In this document: piece after piece, positions 48,197 to 62,300 of the stretch
Layout: every line of letters begins with the position of its first letter
Numbering within the stretch: the stretch's first letter is position 1
Virus record (IMG/VR): IMGVR_UViG_3300033149_003588
Location: 10,460-74,459 of that record
Direction: 5' to 3' (one strand)
DNA length: 64,000 nucleotides
Origin: a virus
Notes under the pieces: model-generated
What the model saw: only the letters and a program-made list of their open reading frames with translations
What the model was told of the DNA's origin: nothing
The model's database searches: none
Made by a program: the position numbers and the translations under genes

Positions 48197-49633
48197 CTAG
48201 GCTGTAGCCGTATCAGTTTCAAAACCAATATAAGCGGCAAGCCTTTTTTCGGGCGTGACTTCTTCATCATCACCAACTGTCACACCAACAGGCGGAGTCG
48301 CGAGCCCCTCGGTAATGTGCTGAATATAAGTAGCCTCGTCATTAATTATGTCCACCATATCATCAACGGATTCACAAGCTAGCATAGCCGGGAAAATCCG
48401 TTCTTTAGATTCATCAGAAAGGTTACTCTCCTGAAGCAGCTGCTCAGCTAATCTAGTGGTCTCGTTCTTAACCACGCCATTGGTTAATTCCTCAATCTTG
48501 GCCCGAGTAGCAGCAATATCTTCATTCTGAGCGATTATAGTATTAGTAAGCTGTTCAATAGTCTGCTGCTGCTCTAAGAATGCAGGATGCTGAGTAATGT
48601 CAATGAGCTGATCGCCTTCCTGAACTGGCTCAACACCAACCTGTTCAGTGTCTCCATACTCACCCTCATCATACTCATCCCCGTACTCATCTTCAACTAT
48701 ATAAACTTCATCAATATCAAGCCCCAAACTACCATCAGAACTTTCCTGAATATAGTTTAAAATGGGGTCAAGCTGCATAATCTCGCCAGTCTCTTCATCC
48801 ATAACATAACCATCGCTTTCCATAATGCTAACAAGATTAGTTATAAGCTCATCCCTTTCAGCAAGCTCAGCGTCATAATCAACCTTAGCATTAGTAATGA
48901 TGGCTTCCACCAAATCGGGGCGCGATTCAGTAAGTTGTTCAATGGTAACTTTATCTAGGCCTTCCATTGTAACCTCCTCAATGTTATTATCAATTATCTT
49001 CTTGTTGTCTATTCCACCATCAACATTGGTATTAATCATACCTAATTCAGCCTCGGTCAAGCGCCTTATTTTACCGCCAGCAGAGGCCTCACTAACAAAA
49101 TCAGCACACCTTACTGTATGTACATGCTGTACTACCTTTGTGGGTACACCATTAATATCTTTATCTTCTGTCTGGGCAATAATATCAATACTGATACCCA
49201 AGTCATCAAGAGCAGAATTGGCATGTAAATCTTTAATAAAATTCTTAAAATCATCACGCACAAATTTAGCATCGGCCTCAATTACTTGTTTAGGACGTCC
49301 CATTATATCAACCCCGCCATCTGGATGATCTATAACCCTGGGATTCCTAATTAAAGCCACCCAATTATCAATGGGATGAGCAAGTCTACCTACATCATTG
49401 GGATCTTGATGATCTCTATACATCTTCTTACCGTCAAACATCGGGGCCAATTGAGCAAGTATTTCAGGAGAATAATATATCCCTTGTTTGGATCTGCCCG
49501 ATTCCATAAGAATAACAGTGGCGTCACTATCTTTATTAGAACTAGCCTTTACTCGGCGGCCTAATCCGGCTTCTCTTATAAGATTTATATCATCGTTATT
49601 CATAAATCTGCTCATTAAATAGTGTTTAATCAA
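48197..49633 (-). CDS. Prohead protease fused to an acidic scaffold (T4 gp21-like / herpes-fold protease)
   Basis: ILMESGRSKQGIYYS, MYRDH (His), LGISI (Ser), CADFVSEASAGG; acidic coiled-coil C-terminus. True start may be 49615. Confidence 0.85.
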   Translation of the reverse strand: MIKHYLMSRFMNNDDINLIREAGLGRRVKASSNKDSDATVILMESGRSKQGIYYSPEILAQLAPMFDGKKMYRDHQDPNDVGRLAHPIDNWVALIRNPRVIDHPDGGVDIMGRPKQVIEADAKFVRDDFKNFIKDLHANSALDDLGISIDIIAQTEDKDINGVPTKVVQHVHTVRCADFVSEASAGGKIRRLTEAELGMINTNVDGGIDNKKIIDNNIEEVTMEGLDKVTIEQLTESRPDLVEAIITNAKVDYDAELAERDELITNLVSIMESDGYVMDEETGEIMQLDPILNYIQESSDGSLGLDIDEVYIVEDEYGDEYDEGEYGDTEQVGVEPVQEGDQLIDITQHPAFLEQQQTIEQLTNTIIAQNEDIAATRAKIEELTNGVVKNETTRLAEQLLQESNLSDESKERIFPAMLACESVDDMVDIINDEATYIQHITEGLATPPVGVTVGDDEEVTPEKRLAAYIGFETDTATA

Positions 49634-50286
49634 CTAGATTCGTTCACATCTTCTTCTGTATTACCTATATCAGTAATCTGTTTGCGCAATAGCTCTATAA
49701 ACTTGGTCACATCATCCTTATGCTTCAAAATAATAACTCTATTAGGTGTAACCCACATACCATCTATCAATATTTTTTCATGAGGACCAGGATTTAATAA
49801 ATGCTCAGATACGCTAAATACCGGATAATGTGCGGGACTAAGTATATGTTCTATAACATCATCTAACACGACATCACGAAGATTACCATTGTTATCACTA
49901 GTTTTAACCCCCATTATGCCAGACATATAAACATGAGCCAACACTAATGGCCACAAATAAATTGGTATTTTATTAAGATCCACATCTAATAATGGTTTAT
50001 CTAGCCTTTCATCAAGGTACTGACCCTTTATACCCTCTTGCGGTAAATCTGCTGCATTAGTCATAGATGTCTTCGATATCTCCCCAAGAGTCTTATCATC
50101 GCTAACCGCAGCTTCACATAGTGGATGTAAATCAACTGCCGATATCAAAGAGCGAGCAAATAATATAGATTCTGTTACACGTTTTTTCTTATTCATATTA
50201 TGCTTACTGTGTTTAACAAATTTGCGTGCAATATCGGGCTTTTGCGCCCACAAAAATCTACGTTGCTTCTCACTAACAAAAGGCAT
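49630..50286 (-). CDS. Head-module protein with N-terminal MPFxSEKQRR motif
   Basis: MPFVSEKQRRFLWAQKPDIARKF is a recurrent small motif in phage head modules. Confidence 0.65.
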   Translation of the reverse strand: MPFVSEKQRRFLWAQKPDIARKFVKHSKHNMNKKKRVTESILFARSLISAVDLHPLCEAAVSDDKTLGEISKTSMTNAADLPQEGIKGQYLDERLDKPLLDVDLNKIPIYLWPLVLAHVYMSGIMGVKTSDNNGNLRDVVLDDVIEHILSPAHYPVFSVSEHLLNPGPHEKILIDGMWVTPNRVIILKHKDDVTKFIELLRKQITDIGNTEEDVNESS

Positions 50287-50367
50287 AATGTCGAATATGA
50301 TATAACATAATTAAAACTATACTCTTTCATGGAAGACAAACACTATAATTATATATTATATTGCTAA

Positions 50368-53300
50368 TTACATCTTTGTTATTATGTGTTTAATCATCTC
50401 TAACTCCTCTTTTAATGCATTTAATACATCTTTGCTAAGAGGATATTCAGGATTTTGTAGAGTGTCGATTATTCTATTACCCCTATTGATAAGTAGTGCT
50501 TTTTTCAACTCCTCCTTACTAATCTTTCTTTTCCACCCACCGACACGCTTATACATAATACCATATCCCTTTCCAGCATCATCCAGCCATGCCCTAGATA
50601 TCTGTTCGCTAGATAATTTCTTGGGTTTACCACGATATACCCTATCATGTGCATCAACATTAATATTCAATTTATCAATTAATTCTGGGTTATCACGAAC
50701 CATGTCTATCAATGTATTAGTGGTGGCCCTATCATTTAATGTAATATCCACTATATCATGAGCTGCAGTATGTATATCATTAGCATGAGGCATCCTACGT
50801 AATGCACCAAAATCGTATCCGCTCATAAATATAGTATCTAATGGATCCCATGGATTATAATAAAATAACTGCCATATAGTAAATTTTTCACCAGATTCAG
50901 TAGCTATGGGGGTAAGACCAATACGCCTAGCGTCAACAAACGCATCACTCTGAAATACATAAGAACCAATTCTATATGTATTTTCAGTATTTGGGCGTCC
51001 TATGGGAATAGCTAATCGCATTATAGATTTAAATTGGGATATATCAATGGGCATACCAAGCTGTGTTTCTATATCATGTCTAGCTTGTAAAACACTTTTC
51101 AAAAATTCTTGTGCTACTATAGAATATTCACTACTAGCTTCCATAGAATTAAATGAAAACGAGTTAATAACACCACCCAGAAAATCAGCACGATCACCAA
51201 CATTTTTAACAGTGCCAATCCAGGGCTGTGCACCATGTATTCTTAGTGATGCATCAAGTAACAATCTACTGGGCATGTCAAGATCTGGATCTACATCAAT
51301 ACGAGTAAAGGCATTATTAACATTGGTTTCTACCCTAAATTTTATCGGAGCGGTACCCATATTTATATCTGCAAGTGCCGTGGCATCATCTATCCCTGCT
51401 TCTGCTGGCATATAAAATATCCTGCCATTCTGATAACAATATCCAATCCATTTATGCTCGGTTATACCAGGCTGAGCGCCAGGGGCCCATGCGGTACCCA
51501 ATATTAACTCACGTAATACGGTTTTCTTGCCAGTTACTGGACTAATCACACTAGTATATGGACCACGCCACGCAGTCATAGTGAGACGTCCAATAACCTC
51601 GCGCGCCCTAGGAGTCAGTTTGCTCTTTATAAAATCTTGCCTAACAGTATCAAGTTTTCTCCATTGCCTAAGAAATTCTAATACACCAGGAGAACCAGTA
51701 TTTTTCAATATGTCAACTAGTGACATATTCCAAAACTCAAGATTGTGATCACTAACAGATATGTGACCAATCTTTTCTATTAATTTAGCTATTGCGGCAC
51801 TTATCTTTTCTATATTGTTAGATACCCTGTCAGCAATATGGGCCGACATAGTACTCGTAATTTTCCATCTTAAATAAGATAATTCCTTTCCACCCAATTC
51901 ACTAAATGATGGCCATTTATCAACAGCCCCCTTTAGTGGCACACCACTAGGGTTAAACCCACCATATATCATATCATATATTTCCTTATTAGTATATAAA
52001 CCTGTATCTTTCAACTCTTGTACAACTTTACCTACGGCCTCGACACCATAAAATTCCACACCACTAGGATCAGTATATAAATACTTGTCAAACAAAGCGA
52101 TATTAAACGCTTCACATATCTTATCTTGCTCGGCATTCAGAACAGACTTAATATCAAGTCCCAAAGAATCAACGAGTTCGGTTATAACCGAGTCAGCTGC
52201 TATTATACGTCCATTCACTATGTTCCTCGCCATAAGATCTATGGCCATACTAATATCGCCAGACTCATAAAACATTTTTAGCGCGTCTTCAATTTCCCGA
52301 AGAGTTAATTCCTTGTGCCTTTCCGCAAGCTCTTCGGCACTAAGCCCTTCGTCACGATGTTCCTTAAATAAAGTAAACAATCTATCATATATATGATCGT
52401 GTGAAATACTACCCAATAAAACACGTATATCAGATGTCACACCCCCATCTACCAATGAAACAGTATTATCTACTGCAATCTTTTGAATAGTCCGGACAAT
52501 ATCTGTGTTACCCTTGCTAAAATTTATCGCTGCATCAATAGAATCTGGTCCATACACAATTCTAGATATAAGACTTCTATTATATTTATCTTTAAACTCA
52601 GACCATAATTCGTCCCCACGTTTAACCGGCATAGCCTCCTTCCACTCATATATCTTATCATGGACAACCCGTGGAGATAACCCATTAGTAAATACCCCTT
52701 CCATATATAGTACACCATAATTAGAATTAACATTAAATCTGCCCCCCAAATCATCAGGCGAGGTTACAGCTAATTCAAACAAAGACTGCTGATATTCCAC
52801 CTCACCAGCACTTCCAATCTTATCCCGTATTCTTGATAACCTTTTTCTATCTATCTCGACAGTAGAACGATTAGCCATTACAGCAGTGGGGAGGAATATT
52901 GGTGTATAAGTACACCTACATCTTCTATGACGTGGTAGAACTGGCATTATGTGCCACTTTTCTTGTGGATAAATCTTGCCAGCATCAGCCAGGCAAACCG
53001 GACAAGTCATATTATCCATTACAACAGTAATCATAATGCCTTGCAATAAATCAGCATTGTCATTCATAAGCTGCTTTACAGCCGTGTTCACATATACACG
53101 CGCAAAATCCTGATATACAGCATATCTCCCAACCATCTTATCTTTGCCACTATATTGCCCCCTCAATATACCATATATATTATCTTCTAATCTATTAAAA
53201 TTAGTACCAAGATAGGCCTCTGGATTATTCTTAACCCTCATTTCTAAATCATCAAGATCTTTATACATATCTAATAATAAACGCCTATCATAGTGTGACA

Positions 53301-56300
53301 ATGTTAATTTATTATCTTTAAACCCAATCTTACTATATATCCTCCTCATCGTGGCCATAGTCTTACGATTATCAACAGTTACACCGATATCAGAATACAT
53401 GGTATTAACAAGAGCCGAATTAGAAACTATAGTATCATGTATACTCTTATCAATCTCACTAGACAATATACTGTTCCCAACTATCGAATCTATAACTTCC
53501 AAACCCCAATCATGCCCAATCCTCCCAAGTAATTTTTTAATGGGTTTATATATAAGACCTTTACGCCTAGGAACCCTACCAGCCATTATGCTCTTTACAT
53601 CAGAAAATAATCTACTAATAGCTCTCTTAGTAGCGCGTAGTTCTATGAATAAACCACCATATTCTTTGGCAAAATCACCTAATATTGAAATAACTTGTTG
53701 CGCCTTCATACCCATGATACCACGGAACAATAACATCATCTTGTAATATAAATTAGTACCATCATTCATTATTTTGGTAACCATACCAGGAATAGGTCTG
53801 GCACCAGTGGTTGCTGCACGCCTTTTTACTTCCTCAATTAATAAACGATACTCCTCGATATATGCCATCTTAGTTAAAAAAGACATTCTACGGGCCTCGA
53901 TATTATCCAAGCCAAACCTATCAAGCTGCCCAATATAACCACTCACTATATCATCGGGTGATATGCCAGTCGCTGCTCTTATCTGCGCGGGCCATGCATA
54001 AACTATGAATCTAGCATAAGATAATACATCACTGCGACCCATGTCTGGATTTGTTCTTAGCATTTGAAAAGCAGACTCTAAATCAAGCTTAGGCGCAAAA
54101 TCATTCAACCGACCAATAATATGATCAACAACAGACACCTTCCTATACATGGCTTCATCTATCCACCCAATAATAGTTCTCTTATCTAGTCCCTTAACTC
54201 CTGCATTATTAGCTATATCCAATACCCTTCGAGCATACCTATTGCAATCCGCTTTATATAAGTCCCGCATAGTATCTATTATATCTCTAACAGCATCCCG
54301 GGCGTTTATATTTATATATGATGGCCTATCAACAAATGATGTGGCCTCACTCAATATACTTTGATACCTAGCATATTTAGCCTTTGTAGCCATAAGCTTA
54401 TCTATACGTTTTTGTATAGCCGACCACGGTTCATTGTGAATCGGTAGCATTATCTCTCTTTTAGCAGAGGGTATCTTTTTAGTAGGAAATTCAAATGATA
54501 GCACCTCGGTATATGCGGTAGTATTCCTAGCCCTCTCATATAGGGGGCGAAGATGATCCAATTTCTCTGATGCACTACCCAATGCCCCCTCATATTTTGC
54601 AAGATTACCAAATAAAACCTCAACAGCCATACCAGGATCATCATATATAACGTTGGCACTATACTCAACCCCAAAATATGATGACAATTTAGCCCATATG
54701 TCCTTTTTAACAGAGTCATCAATATATTTAAATATCTCATTAGCCAAATACCCATACTGGGTATTAATTATATTACGAGATCCAGATGTATGCAGGAGCG
54801 TATTCTCTATTCGTTTAAGTGCATATAAAACCTGGTCCAAATCATTACTACGTAATTTAGCCTTAATAACGCTCTTGTCCAGTATATTTATATTATCAAC
54901 AATATTATCTAATATCCTCTGAACATTATCAATACCACCGAATATATCATACATTTTATCCAGTGTAGATCTCAGATTATATTTAATAATACCTATATCC
55001 TTCTGAACATCTTGTATTCTATCTATTACTTGCCGAGGGGAAACCATTTTAATCTTTTTCTTGGTTATACGCTCTTTCACCTCGATGTCCTCAATAATAC
55101 TTCTAAAGATAGACCATGCCCCATTATAATCACGATTATCAATCGCCTCATACATGTCAAGCCTATACATATCATATTTTTGCCTAGGTAATGCATATCC
55201 AACCAATGCATCTATTTGTGCTATCATATCTCTAGCCAACTGCTCTTCACCAGCAAACATCCCATTTTTATATGGGGCTTCTACACCCAATATATCTGCC
55301 AATGCTGCTCTACCATCAGGTGTAGAGATTATCTGCTTCAAAGTAGCATTATTATCTACATATGTAAATACCGCAGCCCTATGGGCCCGTGCAAGTTCTA
55401 GTTTATCGAACATTTCTAAAAATATAACATCGCCAGGCTTCACTCCGGCATGCTTTATATGTAACAACTCATCCAGCCTAGATGCCAATACCTTATATTC
55501 GTCAGTATGCTTATCTAAATACTTCAATCTATCTTCAATAGTAAGTATAGCACTATCTATACTAATAGTGGTAAATTCTTCCCATGATGATATATTATAC
55601 TTGTAGCGTAAAAATTCGGTCATTCGACCAATAATACCACCTGACCCTGTATCACCACCATCTAACATATCTATTAACTTGGAATAATATAAAACATTAT
55701 TAGGTTTTATACCACCAGAAACACCAGTTAATTCATCTAGTGAACGATATGCTACCCAGCCACCTATATAAGCATTGATTAATTCATCAAGCTGTTTCTC
55801 TGTAAATGTCAAGCCAGTATTATTATTCATTAAAAAAGCTTTCGCCTTCTTTAATAATAATTCCTGGGGCCCCCAATCTTTATCAAATGCCTTTCTCATC
55901 CTAGCAATAACCTTGGCGGGCTCTCCTCTTGCTCTGGCTAGAGCTTCTTCACTGTCTTCACCCATCTTGGCAAGCATAATCTTTGTATATAGCTTGACAT
56001 ACTGTGTGGGGGTCATATCAGATGGTAATACCCGTTCAAATAATTCATCAATCTGAGCATGAATTTGTCTAAATTGTGGCCTAACAACATATTTATTGCT
56101 AGATATTATCTCTCCTAATCTGTCTCTTAGATAATCCGGCCTACCAATATGCATTAAAATCTCTTCCAAACGTCTGTGTACACGCATCACTGCCTCTGGG
56201 TCTTCCTTAACAGTCACACGAAATAGCCTATTCATTAAAATAGCATATGCTTCATCCGCCGAAAAATCTGGCACACTAGAAATATTCATACTGTGCTTAA

Positions 56301-59300
56301 TGGCTTCAGCGATTCGTGCAATATCTTTGTCTACCTTAGTTATGTTGCCAGCAAGAACATTAGCAATCATAGCGCGAAGTGCGGGGTCAACAGATAAAAG
56401 CCTATAGTAATTGACCGCACCCATAACATCGGGTTCTGGGAAAAATAGTGACAGCGGAGCATCTCCAAGATTATATCCGGCGAACAATCGTTTAATAATG
56501 TCATCTATGTATTTACTAATTCTATATTCGGTAAATCCACGAATATTACGACCACCAGCTTCGACACGGACAGGGGTCTTATCCAATATATCATAATATA
56601 TTCCATGCGCCATATGTGAAGATATCTCTTCACCAAACGAAATCGTATAATTACCTATAAGATTAGGGACTATCCATTCTTTCCCACCACGTTTGAAAGA
56701 TAACTGAAGCCTATATAATGTCCGTATCTTCCCATCTGATCTAACATAGGCTGGTATAATCTCTATTTCTTTAAACACCGCTCTACCCTGATAAGTAGTA
56801 AATCCTATAGGAATGCGTACCCTACCACGCAGTAACTGCTTAGCAATACTATAGGGATCAAGGTGAGCCATTCTCATTGCCTTTATAATATATTGCTTAG
56901 TAACCGGCGATGTTATCATATTAAGCATTCTATTGATAGCAGTAGATGATATTTTTGCTTCACTAACACCCATCCCTACTAATATAGATCGTACAACAGA
57001 TTGAGTGGCGCGTTTATTGGTAACAACGTTTAACCACCTATCTTTTCTAGGGGTAATACCAAACGGAATTAATATGTGCTCCAACAAATCAACCAGATGT
57101 GCGCTATCTTCGGGAGTGGCGCCCAGCCCCTGAAGAAAATGTGACAATAATCTAGTATCATCCGAATCACCGATTCCACCTAATCCTAATATACGTCTTA
57201 GCATATTTAATCTTCTATATAGACGCATACTCGTATTTAAGTGTGCCCTGTTACTTGTCATAAATATATCTATAATAGAATTGATGCCATCATCTGGTGG
57301 CACCTTGCGTAGAACAGGAATCAATTGAGCAAGGCTTACTGACGAATATTCTAACGAAGGAATCGCTACCGGAATACCCGATTTTAACAATGACAATTTG
57401 TATTGAAGATATTTCATAGTACCAGCATCAACTTGTCCCCTAAGACTTATTAATAGCTGACGTTTATAATCCAATTGGCGAGCCAAGGGTATTCCCTTAG
57501 AACTCAAATCTCTTATAGTATGCATTGCAAAAAGTTTAGCTCCGATATCGATTACCTCATCATAAGTCCTGTCAGCCAATTCTGCAAACAATCTATCAAT
57601 TTTTATGTCAACACCAATTTTTTTAAGATCTCTCGTAGTAATACTCGCTATAGTATTAGTTTCTTTAAGAATATTAATTATATCATTCTGGGAATATAGC
57701 CTCAACAAAAGAGCATTATGCTCATATAAAGTATCAAATAGTACAATGTTAATCTTCCGCACACCTAATTTATATATATCAGCTATTGCTATATTTTTAG
57801 AAGCAATATAGTGTTCTAGTATATTTGTTTCAAGCTTGAGAGCACGCTTTAATTGACTACTAATAATGCCATACTCTTTAACAGCAACAAAATTATCAAC
57901 CATATTATCATCTAGTGCCTGTACAACTTGCTTTGCATTTTTTATATAAAAACTATAAGCAAAATCTGTAATACTGTTAGCTACCTCCAAAGGCAATTTA
58001 TCTAAATGTGGCAAATCAAGCTGTCTCAAAAATTCTGCCCTATCAAGTATCTGACTATCTATGTGTCTCTTAGCCCACGATGTGGCCACACTTAAATACT
58101 CGTCCCTTAATATGCCCATCTCTTTGGCCATTAATATATCTTGCGCTATAAATTTAGCTGCAGTATCAATTCCAGTTGTAACAGTTGGTGCCTCAGAAAT
58201 TGTCCGTATTATATGCTGAACATTATCACCTAATATACTATACAACACATTAACATCCTTATGCATCCTGTCATCATATACAAATCTAGCTAAACGCTCA
58301 GCCATGTCCTTAATATTGTCAGGAATAAGCTCATACCTAAGATTGCCGATATCATCGAGCAATCTCTTTAAATCATCACCGAAATAAACAGCATTTTTAT
58401 TAGACAGTTTAACTAGATCATCCACTACAGTCATAGCAGTACTATATCCAGCACTTATATTATTAAATGCGTTATCTAATATAGCTATATCTTGAGGTGT
58501 AGTTTTAGTACCAAATCGTGCTGCATTCCTCAGTCTGACTAATATACTATCCAGCGTTTTACCAACGGCCGCATTGGTAGTCCAGGGCAAGTCTCTCATG
58601 TCAACAATTATTGAAGTTATGGCTTTATCAGCGGGAGATAATTTTGTAATAGAAAGCATATTGAGAACCCTCAACCTAATGCTATCCATATAATTGACAA
58701 TAGTATTGTCAAGACCGATTTGTTTAATAAGTCTTTGTGCCTTTTTTCTACTTTTGGCGAGCTTAATACCACCATCCGTTAATTCTTTTAATCTTAGACT
58801 GAAAGCTTTACCTATTTCACGTGTAGCCCTATTAAACTCAGCTGTATATGTATCTACTGTGGCTACATTACTAATATTACGCATGAGCCTATTAAACAAA
58901 TGCACATGCTTATCATACACAGTAACAATGGGTTCCCCTGGTCGACTTATAATTTGATCCATTAATATCTTTAATGTACTAATAGCTTGATCATATTCTC
59001 CGACGGCTAGGTGAGTCTTTATCTTGCTAGTTTGTATCCTCGAAACATTATATAGTACTGCCAAATCATTATTAATACTATCTAATATATTACTCTTAGC
59101 CCCCATCGATGGAACAATCAACTTATTAAACATATTATCACTATGCCCCATAACTATAGCCAGAGCCTGATCTGCCCAATAGGTCATCCTGTAAATATCA
59201 TCACGTGCCTGGGATTCTATATACTTCTTGATACATAGACTGATCTCCTTATTCATACCAGATAATGATAACATTATTTCTTGTGCATCACCAGAACGGA

Positions 59301-62300
59301 TACTACCAGCAATATCGCTAATCCTACCAATATATGTTCTCCATGCATCTAAAGTATTAGATATATGTCGCTGCGTAACATGCCTAATTACTTTCGGTTT
59401 AAACATATTGGTTATGGCCTGTGATGTAGGTTGACGGCTAACTATTTTTACTATGTCAGTAGGCCTAGCCCTAATAAATATCCTGCCACTACCTTTATCC
59501 ACCAAAGAAAAACTTATGTTATCTAGCTCGGCAACAATTTGATAAAACTCTATCCGAGCAGCAGCTGGTAGTTTTTTGCCAGCTTCCAGCATCATAAATA
59601 TACGCCGCTGGTGCCCGGCCATATTCATATCGTCGGCCCTTTCTATAATATCAGCAATAATGGTGGCCTTACTCTTAGGAACAAATGGTAAAAACTCATT
59701 GTTTAATACAGTATTGATAGCCCTTCTAGTACTATCATCAACATTATATTTAGCAAAAAACTCATTAAGTCTATATCTACCAGCCAACACAAACATTATT
59801 TGATCACCCATGGACCCTTCACTTTTCATGATCCATGTTAACAATCTAGCTCTAGACATTTTCTTTAATATAACATCAGATGGAGTTTTATCAGGCGGTA
59901 ATTTATCAGCAATATATCTAGCTATCTCTAGCAAGTCATTCTTAGAATATCCAGAGAATTTTGTACGCCATGGTCTACGTATATTATTCGCATCTCCTAA
60001 TTCTAGTCTAAAACTATCTGCACCAACAGAACCCGCCAATTCCTGTGCAACAGCTACTATATCCATAATACCCTTACGCTGTCCAAGCGGATCAAACTTA
60101 GGCACCTCGATACTATGTTTGGCACCCATATATGATAACAATGATTTTAATTCTTTTTCTTTTATATTTCTCTGGTTCGTCATTGATACAATCTCGGCAT
60201 TCAATATAACAGGATCCCCTATACCCCTAAGCCTACCAACCATACTAGCTACCTTTGTATCATCTAACCATATATTAATAGATGTTGTCCTTATAATCTC
60301 TGATAAAACATCTTCAACGAGCTCCGCCCGAGGTATCCCTATCGCAGCCAAATGTTTATTAACACGATCCCAAAATTCTGGATGCTGTTTTAAATATTTA
60401 AAAAGCCTATCAAATTCATGATTCCATCTATCAACATCATGACGTAATCCATTTATTGCCCTGTCAATGCCAGATAAATGCGATTTTAAGCGATTTATTT
60501 GTAGTTTAGATATGCTAGCCGTAATAACTTTGTCCTCTGTTAACACAGTATTAAGCTTTAAATAATACTGACTAGTCTTTGGATCCCTATATAATATAAA
60601 ATTAGCAATACCATCATCAGGCAATCCTAACGGTATATTATATTTACCAATCACTTCAGCAGTGGAAGAATGAGCCATGTGTCCAAATTTGCCACCAAGA
60701 TCACGAACAGATATAGCACCATCAGCATGTAATACAATTTGCACAGGCTGTCCACTATATGCCACCCCAGGGCCAACAGATCTTATTACTACATCTGCCG
60801 GTGGTACATATTGAGCACCTTCTACAACTAATTTATCTACTACCATACTGCTCGTATACTCAGATATTAAAAGTTGTTTATCACGATATGCAAGTTCAGC
60901 CAAAATGTCATCTCTACCCTGGGCCAAATTGTAACCACCTAAATAAATCTCTAACATACGCTTCTGTGTGTCAATATCACGTGCATAAAGCTTCACTGTA
61001 TCACTAGGGACATCTTCGGCACCAACTATCTTCCATGCAGCCACCAGATCTGGCCTAAAGCTACCCTTGCTCGACCTGACTGACACTTGTTTATCGCCAA
61101 CCCATATCGAACGATCGAATTCAGCTAACTCATGCCAACCAGCCGGAACCTTGCCCTCTGGAAATAAACTATAAACAAGCACAGATGTTCCTAGACTATC
61201 TTCGGCTACCATGGCGGAAGATGGCATACTAGATCTCCATCTAACAACATTAGCCAGTGCATTATTAATACTAGCTTGTGTGTCACCAATCACATCTACG
61301 GACACACCATATATGCTGCCATACCTCTTCATTGCACCATTTATGTCCCGCAATAATTTAGAACGTAATTGGGCACTTTTAACATGGGGCAATCGTCTTA
61401 ATATACCTTCCATAGCCTCTAAAAATTCACGCTTCTTTTTATTGGGGTTCTTCACCCTCATATCTAAATCGCGTTTTATATCAGTAACTATTTTATTAAT
61501 AGCAGTATCTATAGACTTGCTATCCATATCTAGAAAATTCGCGCTAGGCATAATAACAATATCAACAGGGTCAACATCTCCAGCGATTGGTAATATAACA
61601 TCCTTGGGAGCCCACGCAGATCTCTTAATAGGACCCACTACAGTAGTACCAACCCCCTCTATATCACCAAGGTTACCATGCCCCTTCATGGTTCTAAGAG
61701 CTATATTACCTCCAGTGGGTGCACCAGCATCAACCCAATTAGATGGTATATCAACATACGCCATATCTCGGGTACCCGGGTTATAAATAAAAATCTTGTT
61801 ACCAATATTTTTAAATGCGCTAGACTCAACTGGTAAATCAAGCTCAGTAGTTCTAATAACGCCAGCAGACATTGATAAAAATTTTTCTAAATTATCATAG
61901 CCTTCACGTATAACACTCAATTGTCTATCCAGGCTATCTATAAAATCTAATAATTGTTTTTCAGAGGCTATACCAGGTTCAGATAAAGAATCAAAAGCAC
62001 TCCTCCAATGAACGATAGTATGTCCAACAACGGGATCATCAACACTAATATGCTTACCCAGATCATCAAATACCCTAGCAACATTATTATATGTTTCATG
62101 CCATATAGTCATAGAATCAACCTCTACCCGCCGCCCCCTATCGTATGCTAGTTTTTTCAATTTTTTTCTACTATCATGTAATTCCCTCATGGATTCATCA
62201 ATAGTATCCCTGAGATGCATAAGGGTTTCTTTATCTCTCCATTGTATATATGTATCTGGTAATATGGTGGGTTCACGCATGGTCTTTGTCTTAGATAAAA

